From: an uncultured Erysipelotrichaceae bacterium
GTDB lineage: Bacteria > Bacillota_I > Bacilli_A > RF39 > UBA660
Reading direction: 5' to 3'
DNA: 64,000 nucleotides
NCBI GenBank assembly: GCA_902775285.1
Contig: CACYLI010000001.1
Span: 219,697 to 283,696, forward strand
Position numbers and translations under genes: made by a program. Shown here piece after piece: positions 41,812 to 52,011 of the stretch. The notes below the pieces were generated by a model. It had not been told where the DNA came from. It did not search any database and saw nothing but the letters and a program-made list of their open reading frames with translations. Positions within the stretch are counted from its first letter, which is position 1. Each line of letters opens with the position of its first letter.

Positions 41812-42679
41812 GATTTTCCCACCTTCCATATACTCCGCAAGGTAATATCAAATCAGACTTTGTAATTTTTAAACCAATCTCACCAGTTGTAATAGTACCT
41901 TTTTTAAAATTCGAAGTCAGAAGAACATTTTTTAAAATATTAGGTGTAATTCCTTTTGTATAAGAACTAATTAGTAAAAATAATGCATCATCACTAAGTA
42001 ATTTAATACAAGAATCAATTAATTTATTTAAACTATCTTCAAATCTCCATAATTCTTTTGAAGGTCCTCTTCCATAAGTTGGTGGATCCATTATAATCGC
42101 ATCATACTTATTTCCTCTTCTAATTTCTCTTTCAACAAATTTTAAACAATCATCACAAATATATCTAATCTTATTATTCTCCAAATGAGATAATTTAGCA
42201 TTTTCTTTTGCCCAATCATTCATTCCCTGAGATGCATCTACATGAACCACTTCTATAGCACCAGCATACGAAGCAGCCATAGTAGCTCCTCCAGTATATG
42301 CAAATAAATTTAACACTTTAACTTTTTTATTTGAAGCTTTTATTTTAGAAATAATAAAATCCCAATTAGCAGCTTGTTCAGGAAATAAACCTGTGTGTTT
42401 AAAACCAGTTGGACTAACTTTAAAAGTAAGATTTTTATAATTTACAGTCCAAAAATCAGGAAATTTTTTTACATTTTCCCAGCTTCCTCCACCTTTATCA
42501 CTTCTATGATATATAGCATGATAATCATTCCAATAATCTTCATCTTTATGAGTCCATAAAGCCCATGGATCAGGACGTCTTAAAATAACATTTTTCCAAC
42601 GTTCTAATTTTTCACCATTACCAGCATCAATGCACTCATAATCTTTCCAATCATCACTTACAAGCATATACCCCTCCAA
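41801..42679 (-). CDS. class I SAM-dependent (RlmI/RlmK-like) RNA methyltransferase
   Basis: LNLFAYTGGATMAASYAGA...VVHVDAS...IIMDPPTYG. Confidence 0.75.
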   Translation of the reverse strand: MEGYMLVSDDWKDYECIDAGNGEKLERWKNVILRRPDPWALWTHKDEDYWNDYHAIYHRSDKGGGSWENVKKFPDFWTVNYKNLTFKVSPTGFKHTGLFPEQAANWDFIISKIKASNKKVKVLNLFAYTGGATMAASYAGAIEVVHVDASQGMNDWAKENAKLSHLENNKIRYICDDCLKFVEREIRRGNKYDAIIMDPPTYGRGPSKELWRFEDSLNKLIDSCIKLLSDDALFLLISSYTKGITPNILKNVLLTSNFKKGTITTGEIGLKITKSDLILPCGVYGRWENHEN

Positions 42680-42739
42680 TATATTTAATTATATCAATCT
42701 AATGATTTTTTATCAATTAAAAAGCATATAATTATTAAA

Positions 42740-44695
42740 TTACATACTTTGAACACTTATATCTCCATAACTTGAATTAATAATTTCATAAGTTTTATTT
42801 ACATAATTTCTTAAAATAGTTTCATATCCAGAAGTTATCATATCATTTGATTCTTTTATTAATCTTTGATAAGTATGAATTTCTGCTATTTCACTTCTTA
42901 AACTAGATATTAATTCTGTATTAGCCATTAAACTTCCATAAAGATTAGTATAGGCAGGATTTTCAATTTGTTTATTTGTTTTACCATCTTCACCATCAAC
43001 ATAAATATATCTTGGCATATGAAATACAAGTAACTCTAATCTTGATTGATCTTTTAAAGCACTAGATAAAGAGTTTTCTAAACTTTCTAAATTACTATCA
43101 TCAAATGATTCATTCGGATCAATGAAATTATAAACTGGTCCTAAAGCTGTAACAAATAATTTTTCAAGCTCATCTGAACACTCTTTTCTTAGTGCCATTA
43201 TATCTGTATATGCATAAAATGATTTTAATATTTCATCACCTGCATCTCCATTTATTGATTTTTTATCAATCATTTCATTTATATAATCAGTTAATTCAAT
43301 AGAATTTGCAATTTCAAATTCAAGTTTGTTTTTTAATGCACCAGTAAGACCATTACCATCATACATTTTCTTAAGATCACTCATATATGTTTGGCCAACT
43401 AATACATTATTTTCTTCTATAGTTTCACTATTAGTTTTATCATCAAGCATATTACCATAATCTAAGTTTAAATCAACTATACTACTTCCATCTGAACCTA
43501 TATGTGCACCTAATAATAAAGTATCTTTTACTAAATCAGTTTCAACATTATAATATTTTCTTAACGCATTAGCACTTAACTCCGTTTTATCAATTACACT
43601 ATTCATTACTCTTGAAGTTACACTTTGAAAAGAATCTGTTAAACCATATATATTTTGAGGAAATCCACTAGTACCCACAAAAGACTTTGATAAATAATCA
43701 TTATTTGCAAGATAATTTTTATATATTACCTTTCTAATATTATTAAGTTCACTTACTGCACTATTATATTCTACAGATGTTGTATTATTATCTAATAATC
43801 CAATACCACCAATACTAGAATACATATTATCTAAAAATTCATATCTACTGCCATTATTATCAGTTATTATATACTCTTTACTATCTTTATCATAAGTTAT
43901 ATTAAAATCATCTAAATTATCAAGTTCACTTAGAATATTAAATCTATTTGGATCAGTAATAATAAGATTTAAAGTTTCATGGCTTGTATTTGATAAATCA
44001 ATTACTTTAATTCCAGAATCATCAACAAATTTTTGAGTGTATAAAACATCATCATTAGGATTTTTTTCATGATCCAAATATCTAGTACTACTAAATATGT
44101 AACATGAATTTATTTTATCAGATTGAAATTTGTCTGAAGTTTCATTTAACATGCGATATTTTTCTTCTTCATCAATTTCATTTGTATTTATAAAATGAGA
44201 ATAATTAGCAGTTTCTGCATTTATGATATTAGCATGCATACCTTTCTCTGTAACAAAATCAGCTACATCTTTTGTCATATACCCGCCACCACTATGAAGA
44301 AAAAACATACCATGATCTATTTTTTCTCCTTGTGACTCTAAAAAATCATATGCTTCTTCCATTGTTTTTTTATTACTTTCTTCTTTATATTGACCTACAA
44401 TCAATATTGGAGAAGAATATTCAACAGTCCCATTTTCAAAATTTTTAATAATACCTGCATTAGAATACGCAGAATATCCACTTGCTGAATCACCTGCTAC
44501 TAAAGTACTAAATCCATGTCTTAAATCTATATTTGATGGTATTAAAAATGAAGTCCCTTTAGTTTCATCAACACCTAAAAAAGAAAAACCATCTACGTTC
44601 TCTTTTACATGTACATCGCTATACCTCTGTTGTAAAAATTCATATGTTTTTCTTTCAGTATCTGACATTTTATTTAAAACTTCATTATCTACCAT
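42740..44695 (-). CDS. hypothetical 651-aa cytosolic protein
   Basis: Long ORF with RBS GGTGA. The N-terminal half is mixed alpha/beta (…FFLHSGGGY…) and the C-terminal half is helical. No family recognised. Confidence 0.5.
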   Translation of the reverse strand: MVDNEVLNKMSDTERKTYEFLQQRYSDVHVKENVDGFSFLGVDETKGTSFLIPSNIDLRHGFSTLVAGDSASGYSAYSNAGIIKNFENGTVEYSSPILIVGQYKEESNKKTMEEAYDFLESQGEKIDHGMFFLHSGGGYMTKDVADFVTEKGMHANIINAETANYSHFINTNEIDEEEKYRMLNETSDKFQSDKINSCYIFSSTRYLDHEKNPNDDVLYTQKFVDDSGIKVIDLSNTSHETLNLIITDPNRFNILSELDNLDDFNITYDKDSKEYIITDNNGSRYEFLDNMYSSIGGIGLLDNNTTSVEYNSAVSELNNIRKVIYKNYLANNDYLSKSFVGTSGFPQNIYGLTDSFQSVTSRVMNSVIDKTELSANALRKYYNVETDLVKDTLLLGAHIGSDGSSIVDLNLDYGNMLDDKTNSETIEENNVLVGQTYMSDLKKMYDGNGLTGALKNKLEFEIANSIELTDYINEMIDKKSINGDAGDEILKSFYAYTDIMALRKECSDELEKLFVTALGPVYNFIDPNESFDDSNLESLENSLSSALKDQSRLELLVFHMPRYIYVDGEDGKTNKQIENPAYTNLYGSLMANTELISSLRSEIAEIHTYQRLIKESNDMITSGYETILRNYVNKTYEIINSSYGDISVQSM

Positions 44696-44770
44696 ACACT
44701 ATTCACCATATAAATTATATCATGACTAACTATTATTTTTCTATAAAAAAAGCTTAATATTACATTAAGC

Positions 44771-45688
44771 TTAAAAATTTCTACCTCCACTAATATGTCC
44801 TCCTCCAGAAGAACCAAATCCACTATGTGAAGAACCACCAACACTACTAACATCACTAGTTATTATATGATGTGTAGTAATAGTAGAAACTAAATTATCA
44901 GTTTTATTTAAATATTCTATAGATGATGAAACTAAATAATCATTAGCATTACTGGCTTTAGTAACCATCTTATTCTTTTTAACTAGCCCAAGCATTGAAA
45001 GTAATGATACTAAAGCCCCTGAAATAATTCCTCCTGCATAAGGTAAACTATAATTCTTTTTTAATGAACCATTTTCATCAATATAATATGCATCTTCATC
45101 ATAACCTCTATCATAATAATTCTTAAATTGATGTATATATGATATAACTCCTTCTTTATATGTTCCTCCCTTAAAATAATCAAATAAATTATCTAAAATA
45201 ACATCATTATTTTCTTCATTAACATATAATTGTGCTTCTCCAAAGACTGAAGAAATATATATTCTATTATTTTCATAAACATTTATAAAAAACAATACTC
45301 CACCATAAGATTTATTATTTAATCCAAAATCATTATAATCATAAAAATCATATGTATAATTATAATCTTCATCATTAGTATATGGTAAATTAACACTAAC
45401 TAAAGCAAAATCAAGACCAGTTTCACTAATAAAACCATCTATTAAACTTTTTAATTCATTTTCATCTTCTTCATTAAATATATCTGCATAATCATATATT
45501 TTTTTACTAACATCTACATATGGTGTATTAATAATATTATTTAAATTATCATCTTTTACTTTCCACTTTTTATTAACACCATAATTATTAGTTTCATTTC
45601 TTTCATAACCTTCACTATCATATTCACTAGCAAATATAGGGAAAATACATAATAGAAAAGAAATAATAAAAATAATAATCTTTTTCAT
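44771..45688 (-). CDS. TPM-domain protein (YgcG-like) with a TM helix and Gly/Ser-rich tail
   Basis: Signal peptide, YDYADIFNEEDENELKSLIDGFISETGLDFALVSV, and a C-terminal TM followed by GGSSHSGFGSSGGGHISGG. Terminator AAGCTTAAT-N5-ATTAAGCTT at 44750-44772. Confidence 0.7.
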   Translation of the reverse strand: MKKIIIFIISFLLCIFPIFASEYDSEGYERNETNNYGVNKKWKVKDDNLNNIINTPYVDVSKKIYDYADIFNEEDENELKSLIDGFISETGLDFALVSVNLPYTNDEDYNYTYDFYDYNDFGLNNKSYGGVLFFINVYENNRIYISSVFGEAQLYVNEENNDVILDNLFDYFKGGTYKEGVISYIHQFKNYYDRGYDEDAYYIDENGSLKKNYSLPYAGGIISGALVSLLSMLGLVKKNKMVTKASNANDYLVSSSIEYLNKTDNLVSTITTHHIITSDVSSVGGSSHSGFGSSGGGHISGGRNF

Positions 45689-46761
45689 TAAGCACCTCCC
45701 TTATAAATAAGATAAGTAAATAATACAATTAATAAAGCTACAGCTAAGAAAATTAATATCGAAAATAAAACCACTTTTCCTTTTGATATAGGTGTATCTC
45801 CTATAAATTCTCCTGATTGAGCATTCATAGCATATGTATAAAACTTATCATTATATTTAACATTAACCATCCATACTGGTAATAAAACATATTCTACATT
45901 TTCAATATTATTTGTTATTTTAGAATCTTTAAGAATAGTAGATGTATACCCTTTTACAGAATCAAGTAATGTTTTTTTAGTAGTTTCATCTGCTCTTTTC
46001 TTTGCAATAATCTCACTATCTTTATCACTAACATCATATTTTTCTGCTAAAAAACCAGATAGATAAGCATGATTATAATCTACCATTTCTTTATAATCAA
46101 ATGGTTCAATACTTGTCATTAAATCATCATTAAATCTTTTAGATCCATCTACAGGGATTCTTTCATACTTCATTTTTCCATCTCTATTAACATTAAATGT
46201 ATCAGTTTTCGTATATTCTGTATTACCTGATACCCAAGTATGTACTCTAGTAGCATGAACATTTATATTTCCTTCGCTTTCTATTGAGAATAACCAAAAT
46301 GGAATATATACTCCAGAAATCTTTTCTATATTTTCTTGTTTATTAAAAAATTTTGGAGTCAAAGGTTTACCTTTAGAAATATTCTTAAAAGCTTCAAGTG
46401 CTTCATCTTTTGTTTTCTTAAATGGAATTATTTTAGAAGGAGCAAACTTACCTGATAATTTACTTTTAAGTATTGCTGTATTACCACAATAAACACAAAA
46501 AGTAGATGCAGTATTCTCATCTGCTATTATTTCTGCTCCACAATTCTTACAATGATATTCTATATAATTAATATCTTCTATTATTTCTTCACTTTTATTA
46601 TTTTCTTCACTACTAGCATTATTAAACTTTTTTAATGTCTCTAAATCAAATTCCCCTTTACAATTATCACATTTCCACTTACCAAGTCCAGGAACAAAAA
46701 TAATTTTACTTCCACAATTAGGACACTTATGATCTAAAGCTCTTTCTCTACTTTTACTCAC
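45688..46761 (-). CDS. double zinc-ribbon protein with a C-terminal TM anchor
   Basis: CPNCGS...CDNC and CKNCGA...CVYCG. C-terminal VVLFSILIFLAVALLIVLFTYLI. Stop overlaps the start of the TPM gene. Confidence 0.55.
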   Translation of the reverse strand: MSKSRERALDHKCPNCGSKIIFVPGLGKWKCDNCKGEFDLETLKKFNNASSEENNKSEEIIEDINYIEYHCKNCGAEIIADENTASTFCVYCGNTAILKSKLSGKFAPSKIIPFKKTKDEALEAFKNISKGKPLTPKFFNKQENIEKISGVYIPFWLFSIESEGNINVHATRVHTWVSGNTEYTKTDTFNVNRDGKMKYERIPVDGSKRFNDDLMTSIEPFDYKEMVDYNHAYLSGFLAEKYDVSDKDSEIIAKKRADETTKKTLLDSVKGYTSTILKDSKITNNIENVEYVLLPVWMVNVKYNDKFYTYAMNAQSGEFIGDTPISKGKVVLFSILIFLAVALLIVLFTYLIYKGGA

Positions 46762-46813
46762 ATTATCACCTAATATAAGTATAACATATTTAAAAAGTAA
46801 ATAAATAAAAAGA

Positions 46814-48307
46814 TTACCTCTTATCGAAGTAATCTATATAATATTCAGAATCAGAATATTTTTTTAATTTAAGAGAATTAAGCTTCTTTACTGCTTTATT
46901 TCTAGAAATATTATACTCAAATATACTATTATCTTTAAAATCTTTTTTAATAATTACAAAATAATTATTTAAACTTTTCTTTATATCTTCATCTTTAGTA
47001 TTATTAAATAAATCTATAAGCAAAGATACATTATCACTATGAAAGTTTTCTAAATAATTAATATCTATTTTATTATTTTTATAATATCTATTAATATTTC
47101 TTTCTGCTATTAAATAATCAAAATTCATAAAATTAATAATTGTATATACACCAACAAATATAATCATATAATACTTAACTATATTAACTTTAGAATTAAA
47201 TATATACATAACAGTTGGAATCATTATTATACACTCGGTAATCAACGCAACATACACATATAATCTTAAAACAGTATATCCATAAGCACTTTCGTATAAG
47301 TTCATTCTTAAGAATGAAGAAACTATTATTATAAGAGTTAAAAATACCATAATTAAACTCATTATATTAATATATTTTTTATCTTTTTCTTTTATACTAT
47401 TTTCAAACTTTTTAGAAATAAGAATTATTGCAATATTAATAACAGATACAGCCATTAACTCAAAGAATCCTTTTCTAGCATATTCTGCATAATTAAATCC
47501 ACTTGATACTTGATGTAACATCAATGATTTAATTTGAATAAAATCAAAAACTACATAAATAATATTTAATATACTAATTAATAGCTTAGTAGTAAATGTA
47601 TCTATTTTAAAATTAGATTTTAATTCATTATTCTTTTTCTTAGAATAATCTTTTAACAAATATAATAAATCCACTCCAATAGCTACAAACATAATAATAA
47701 GTAAGATTAGTTTACCAATTATATTATCAAAGAATTTATAAAAGAAAGCATCTTTTATTTTTCTAAATATACTAGCAAAAATATTATCAAATATCATATC
47801 AGCATTAGATAATAAAACTAATACTATTACTACTATAGGTATAACAATTATTAATGATTTTAATACTTTTTTTGCATTTTCTGATAATTTAATCTTAGAA
47901 CTAATTTTATTTGTTACTTCTTTTAAGTAGTCTCCTATTAATGAAATAGGTTCAAATACTATAGTTACACCCTCTACAATAATATCTTTAATTTCATACG
48001 TAGGTTTTATAGTAAATATATACATTAAAATAAAGAAACCAAATATTACAAAATAATTAAGAGAAGTAAATGAACTACTATCGTATATTAAATATGTTGA
48101 AGATAATAATATAATTGGTATCATAAATAATAACCCTTTTTTATTTTTTATTAAATTATTCTTCTTAAAAAAGAAATACAATAATATTAATAAAGGTAAT
48201 ATAAATAATAATACAGATATCCCATATCTTTTTCCATAAAACAATATTACATTCCATAATGAAAGTAAAAATATATAAATTACAAATTCACTCATTTTTT
48301 TCACCAT
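46814..48307 (-). CDS. polytopic membrane protein (DUF4153/DUF4173-like)
   Basis: About 10 TM helices. Sits downstream of the HTH/DUF2975 pair. Confidence 0.5.
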   Translation of the reverse strand: MVKKMSEFVIYIFLLSLWNVILFYGKRYGISVLLFILPLLILLYFFFKKNNLIKNKKGLLFMIPIILLSSTYLIYDSSSFTSLNYFVIFGFFILMYIFTIKPTYEIKDIIVEGVTIVFEPISLIGDYLKEVTNKISSKIKLSENAKKVLKSLIIVIPIVVIVLVLLSNADMIFDNIFASIFRKIKDAFFYKFFDNIIGKLILLIIMFVAIGVDLLYLLKDYSKKKNNELKSNFKIDTFTTKLLISILNIIYVVFDFIQIKSLMLHQVSSGFNYAEYARKGFFELMAVSVINIAIILISKKFENSIKEKDKKYINIMSLIMVFLTLIIIVSSFLRMNLYESAYGYTVLRLYVYVALITECIIMIPTVMYIFNSKVNIVKYYMIIFVGVYTIINFMNFDYLIAERNINRYYKNNKIDINYLENFHSDNVSLLIDLFNNTKDEDIKKSLNNYFVIIKKDFKDNSIFEYNISRNKAVKKLNSLKLKKYSDSEYYIDYFDKR

Positions 48308-48509
48308 CTTTCTTATATTCCAAAATATCTCCTGGACTACATTTTAACACTTCACATATTTTATCTAAAGTTGTAAATCTAATAGCTTTACCCTTATTAG
48401 TTTTCAAAATAGATAAATTTGCTTGAGTAATTCCAAGCTTATTAGCTAATTCATTTGATGATATTTTTCTTTTTGCCATCATAACATCTAAATTCACAAT
48501 TATTGCCAT
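48288..48509 (-). CDS. XRE/Cro-type HTH regulator (YozG-like)
   Basis: ISSNELANKLGITQANLSILKTNKGKAIRFTTLDKICEVLKCSPGDILEY. Confidence 0.8.
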   Translation of the reverse strand: MAIIVNLDVMMAKRKISSNELANKLGITQANLSILKTNKGKAIRFTTLDKICEVLKCSPGDILEYKKDGEKNE

Positions 48510-48518
48510 ACACATCAC

Positions 48519-48986
48519 CTATATAGTTAAATCATTCTCTTCTTTATATTTATGTGCTTTATTAAACAAACACGATAATATATAAAAACAAACAGAAAAG
48601 CAGAAAAATAAAAATGCTATAAATGCTATTGCTACCTTTAATTGTAAACTATAATAATTATATTTAAATATTGATATAAATAATGCAATAATTACAAAAA
48701 TAGTTATTATATTTGCACAATACATACTCTTTTTAAACCTAGTTACATTTTCATAACAGAAAGGATCATTTATTTTTAATGTTTCAAATAGTTTAATAAA
48801 CTGATAAATCAAATAAATAAAACTAATTCCACACGGATATATCATTATAATAAATAAATCATAATGTATACCAAATATTTTTGTTAATGGATATAAAAAC
48901 AACATAACTAGTATTCCAATAACAGCAAAAACATATAAAAATATACTAACAATATTCCCAACATTCTGTAATCTACTATTCTTCAT
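48519..48986 (-). CDS. DUF2975-like four-TM protein
   Basis: Four hydrophobic helices. The typical partner of YozG-like HTH genes. Confidence 0.55.
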   Translation of the reverse strand: MKNSRLQNVGNIVSIFLYVFAVIGILVMLFLYPLTKIFGIHYDLFIIMIYPCGISFIYLIYQFIKLFETLKINDPFCYENVTRFKKSMYCANIITIFVIIALFISIFKYNYYSLQLKVAIAFIAFLFFCFSVCFYILSCLFNKAHKYKEENDLTI

Positions 48987-49093
48987 AATCTCACTTCCAA
49001 AAATATAATACAACACTTTTTTCTATTTTTCAATATATTTTTATCGTTTTTCGATAAATTTAATGTTAAAAATAAAAGGCTTATAAATAAGCC

Positions 49094-49384
49094 TTATTTT
49101 TTTAAGAATGTACTTGCTAAATCCATAACTTTAGATAAAGAATCACTATTAGAAGTCTTACTACTACTTTTTTTAGTAGTCTTTTTACTAGTTGTTTTTT
49201 TGCTTGAAGACCCTAAAACATTATTCTTAATAATATCTGTTACTCCATCTTTTATTTTTTTAACAGCTTCTGGATTATCATCAATAATATCTTTAATTTT
49301 ACTTAAATCGATTTTTCCCTTTGACTCACTCTTTTTAGCTGTCTTTTTTAAATCACTAGCTTTAATTATTTTTTTCTCAGTCAT
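49094..49384 (-). CDS. small Lys/Ser-rich protein
   Basis: 96-aa ORF whose start overlaps the upstream stop. Terminator AAGGCTTAT-AA-ATAAGCCTT at 49076-49096. Confidence 0.4.
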   Translation of the reverse strand: MTEKKIIKASDLKKTAKKSESKGKIDLSKIKDIIDDNPEAVKKIKDGVTDIIKNNVLGSSSKKTTSKKTTKKSSSKTSNSDSLSKVMDLASTFLKK

Positions 49385-50151
49385 TATTCTGCCTCTTCTT
49401 CATGATTATGATCTTCTTCCAATTCTGGAATACATCTTCTACATGGATCTGTTAAACCAGCTTCAAAAGCATCTCTAACTGATCCTTCAATAATTGTTTC
49501 ACTTCTTGAGAATGATGGACAATCTTGTTTAACATGATATTTTTTGCTATTTGGTGCCCAATATACAGTACCTTCTGGATTAACATTTAAAACTTCTTGT
49601 TCTGCTCTTAATAATTGTTCTTCTGAAACAGGATTAAAATCATAACTAGAAACACCTGCTATTAATAAAACTATAATTCCAACAACACTTACAATAGTTT
49701 TATTCTTTTTATCCATTTCCTTATCAGTTAAAACAAGTATAATAATTGGTAAAAATGCAATAACTGAAATAATAACACCTAAATTATTTTGTACCCAGAA
49801 CTTAAGGGCATTCTTTTCACTAGCTGGGTCAATGTGATTTGCTTTCTTCCAGAATTGTGAACCAATTATAACAGCAATACCATCAAGAATTAAACAAATG
49901 ATTAAGAATGTAGTATCAGATAAAGAAGGTAACCATCCTATTACATTTTTAAGTCTCAAAATACCAACAACTTCAAAGAAAATACCAACTAACCATAAAC
50001 AAACTGCTATAATTCTTTTAGATGTTGCTCTTTCTTTTGGTTCTCCTTTATGTTCAATTTTTACAATCTTACCATGAGAATCAATCCCAACATCAACATT
50101 ACTTTTTTTATTTGTTGATGCTTTAACAATTTTCTTTTCCTTTTTTTCCAT
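49384..50151 (-). CDS. membrane protein with a C-terminal Cys-motif domain
   Basis: Four TM helices, then YWAPNSKKYHVKQDCPSF...DPCRRC. Confidence 0.5.
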   Translation of the reverse strand: MEKKEKKIVKASTNKKSNVDVGIDSHGKIVKIEHKGEPKERATSKRIIAVCLWLVGIFFEVVGILRLKNVIGWLPSLSDTTFLIICLILDGIAVIIGSQFWKKANHIDPASEKNALKFWVQNNLGVIISVIAFLPIIILVLTDKEMDKKNKTIVSVVGIIVLLIAGVSSYDFNPVSEEQLLRAEQEVLNVNPEGTVYWAPNSKKYHVKQDCPSFSRSETIIEGSVRDAFEAGLTDPCRRCIPELEEDHNHEEEAE

Positions 50152-50224
50152 AAAACACTACTCCTTTATGAGTTTAATATATCACAATATTTAATAAAAA
50201 TCTATATAATATTGTATGTTAAAA

Positions 50225-50253
50225 TTGACTTTTTATTGATTTTATGATATAAT
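50225..50253 (+). promoter_or_regulatory. sigma-A promoter of the sigma factor gene
   Basis: TTGACT-N17-TATAAT, with TGA immediately before the -10 (extended -10). Confidence 0.6.
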
Positions 50254-50283
50254 CTATGAGGTTTTTAAAAAGGGGGATAAAAA

Positions 50284-51531
50284 ATGAAAAACGATCCAAT
50301 ATTAGAATATATAGAAAATTCTTTTAAAGATGGTAGTTTAAAAGAACAAATTAAAAATTTAAAAAGATTAATTATTTATTTATCAGATGAAGAAAATAAT
50401 AAAGAAATTGATTTAACAGAAGCAGATTTTTTACTTAATCATAGTGATAAACTTAATACTATGATTAAAACTATAATTGAAGCCGGAAACTATTCTAAAT
50501 ATTTAAATGATTTAAATATTTACTCAATTGCTGCTGTTTATGCAGAAAAAAATAAAATTAATTTAAAAATTGATGATGAAACAGATTCAAGAACTAATCA
50601 TTCTGGTTCATTAACAAAAAAAGATGAAGATATTTTAAATTATTATTTTGACGACATTCATAGAATAAAGTTATTAACACCAGATGAAGAAATAGAACTT
50701 GCTAAAAGAGTTGAACTTGGTGATATGGAGGCTAAGAATAAACTTATAACAGCAAACTTAAGATTAGTTTTAACTATAGCAAGAAAATATGAAGATAAAA
50801 ACCTTCCATTTACAGATTTAATTCAAGAAGGAAACATAGGTTTAATAAGAGCTGTTGAAAAATTTGATTATAGAAAAGGATTTAAATTTTCAACATATGC
50901 ATGCTACTGGATTAGACAAGGTATGTCAAGAGCATTAGCAGAAAAATCAAGAATTATTAAATTACCTACTCACTTATTTGAGGATTTAAATAAAATATAT
51001 ACATTTATGGGAAAATATAGACAAGAACATGGATTTGATCCATCAGTAAGTGAAATAGCATCTGAAATTAATATAAGTAAACAAAGAGTTGAAAGAGCTT
51101 TAGCAATTCAAGAACCTAGATCTTTAAATGAATATTGTAAAAATGAAGATACTGATACAGAAATTGGAGATTTAGTTCCAGATGAAACCGATTATGAAGA
51201 AGATATATTAAATAAATTATATAATGAAAATGTTAAAGCATTCTTAGAAAATAATGAAATATTAACAATTAATGAAACAACTGTATTAAAATATAGATAT
51301 GGTTTTGTTAATGGTAAACTTTATACTTTAGAAGAAATAGGAAATATTCTTGGATTAACTAGAGAAAGAGTTAGACAAATAGAAGATAAAGCTTTAAGAA
51401 AATTAAGCAGATCTAAACAAATGCAAGAATTATATCAAGGTAGAATTAATAAAGATATAATCTATGGACAAAAAAATCATTATAGAACATTAAAACAATT
51501 ATATAGACATCAAGATACAATAAAAATGTAG
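50284..51531 (+). CDS. RpoD-like (group 1/2) sigma-70 factor with a non-canonical ~130-aa N-terminal region
   Basis: Region 2 ([32 protein letters not shown]), region 3, and region 4.2 ([27 protein letters not shown]). Confidence 0.85.
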   Translation: MKNDPILEYIENSFKDGSLKEQIKNLKRLIIYLSDEENNKEIDLTEADFLLNHSDKLNTMIKTIIEAGNYSKYLNDLNIYSIAAVYAEKNKINLKIDDETDSRTNHSGSLTKKDEDILNYYFDDIHRIKLLTPDEEIELAKRVELGDMEAKNKLITANLRLVLTIARKYEDKNLPFTDLIQEGNIGLIRAVEKFDYRKGFKFSTYACYWIRQGMSRALAEKSRIIKLPTHLFEDLNKIYTFMGKYRQEHGFDPSVSEIASEINISKQRVERALAIQEPRSLNEYCKNEDTDTEIGDLVPDETDYEEDILNKLYNENVKAFLENNEILTINETTVLKYRYGFVNGKLYTLEEIGNILGLTRERVRQIEDKALRKLSRSKQMQELYQGRINKDIIYGQKNHYRTLKQLYRHQDTIKM

Positions 51532-51831
51532 AAATACATTTTTATTTTTTTGAATTAATAATTAAAAATTGAAATGTATATAATATAAGACAACTAATGA
51601 AAGAGAAAAATAATATGACAGAAGAATTTTTAAAAAATTACAAGAAGCAAATCAAAAAGCTATAAAAGTTTATAAAAAAGAAAATAATAAGTTTTTAGAA
51701 GAATGCAAAAAAATTAAAAGGAAAGTTTTATCATAAACAAAAAGAACTTATTGTATTATAATAGTCCTTTTGTTTTAAAGAATAAATTATAATTAATATT
51801 TATTCTTTTTGTTTGATTAACTAAATAAAAA

Positions 51832-51858
51832 TCGAACTATTTCTAGTTCGACTATTTT
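51832..51858 (+). terminator. intrinsic terminator-like hairpin at or near the left boundary of element 1
   Basis: TCGAACTA-TTTC-TAGTTCGA followed by CTATTTTT. Confidence 0.55.
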
Positions 51859-52011
51859 TACAAATGGAGCGATAACTTTACTTATATTCGAAAAATTATA
51901 CTCCCAAAGTTGTTTGATTAAATCAACTAAATAAATTATATCAGTTTTTAAAATTATTACAATACTTTTAGGATAAAATCACTTGTTGCTATTTAAAAAA
52001 ATGTCAAAATA

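Noticed and set aside
49200-49478. Plus-strand ORF spanning the 49094/49384 gene junction
   Set aside because: It is antisense to two codirectional genes that overlap start-to-stop. It has no RBS.
51615-51735. Short ORF MTEEFLKNYKKQIKKL followed in another frame by AIKVYKKENNKFLEECKKIKRKVLS
   Set aside because: It could be a frameshifted remnant (A-run at ~51654-51658) or a tiny gene. It is too short and low-complexity to support either reading.
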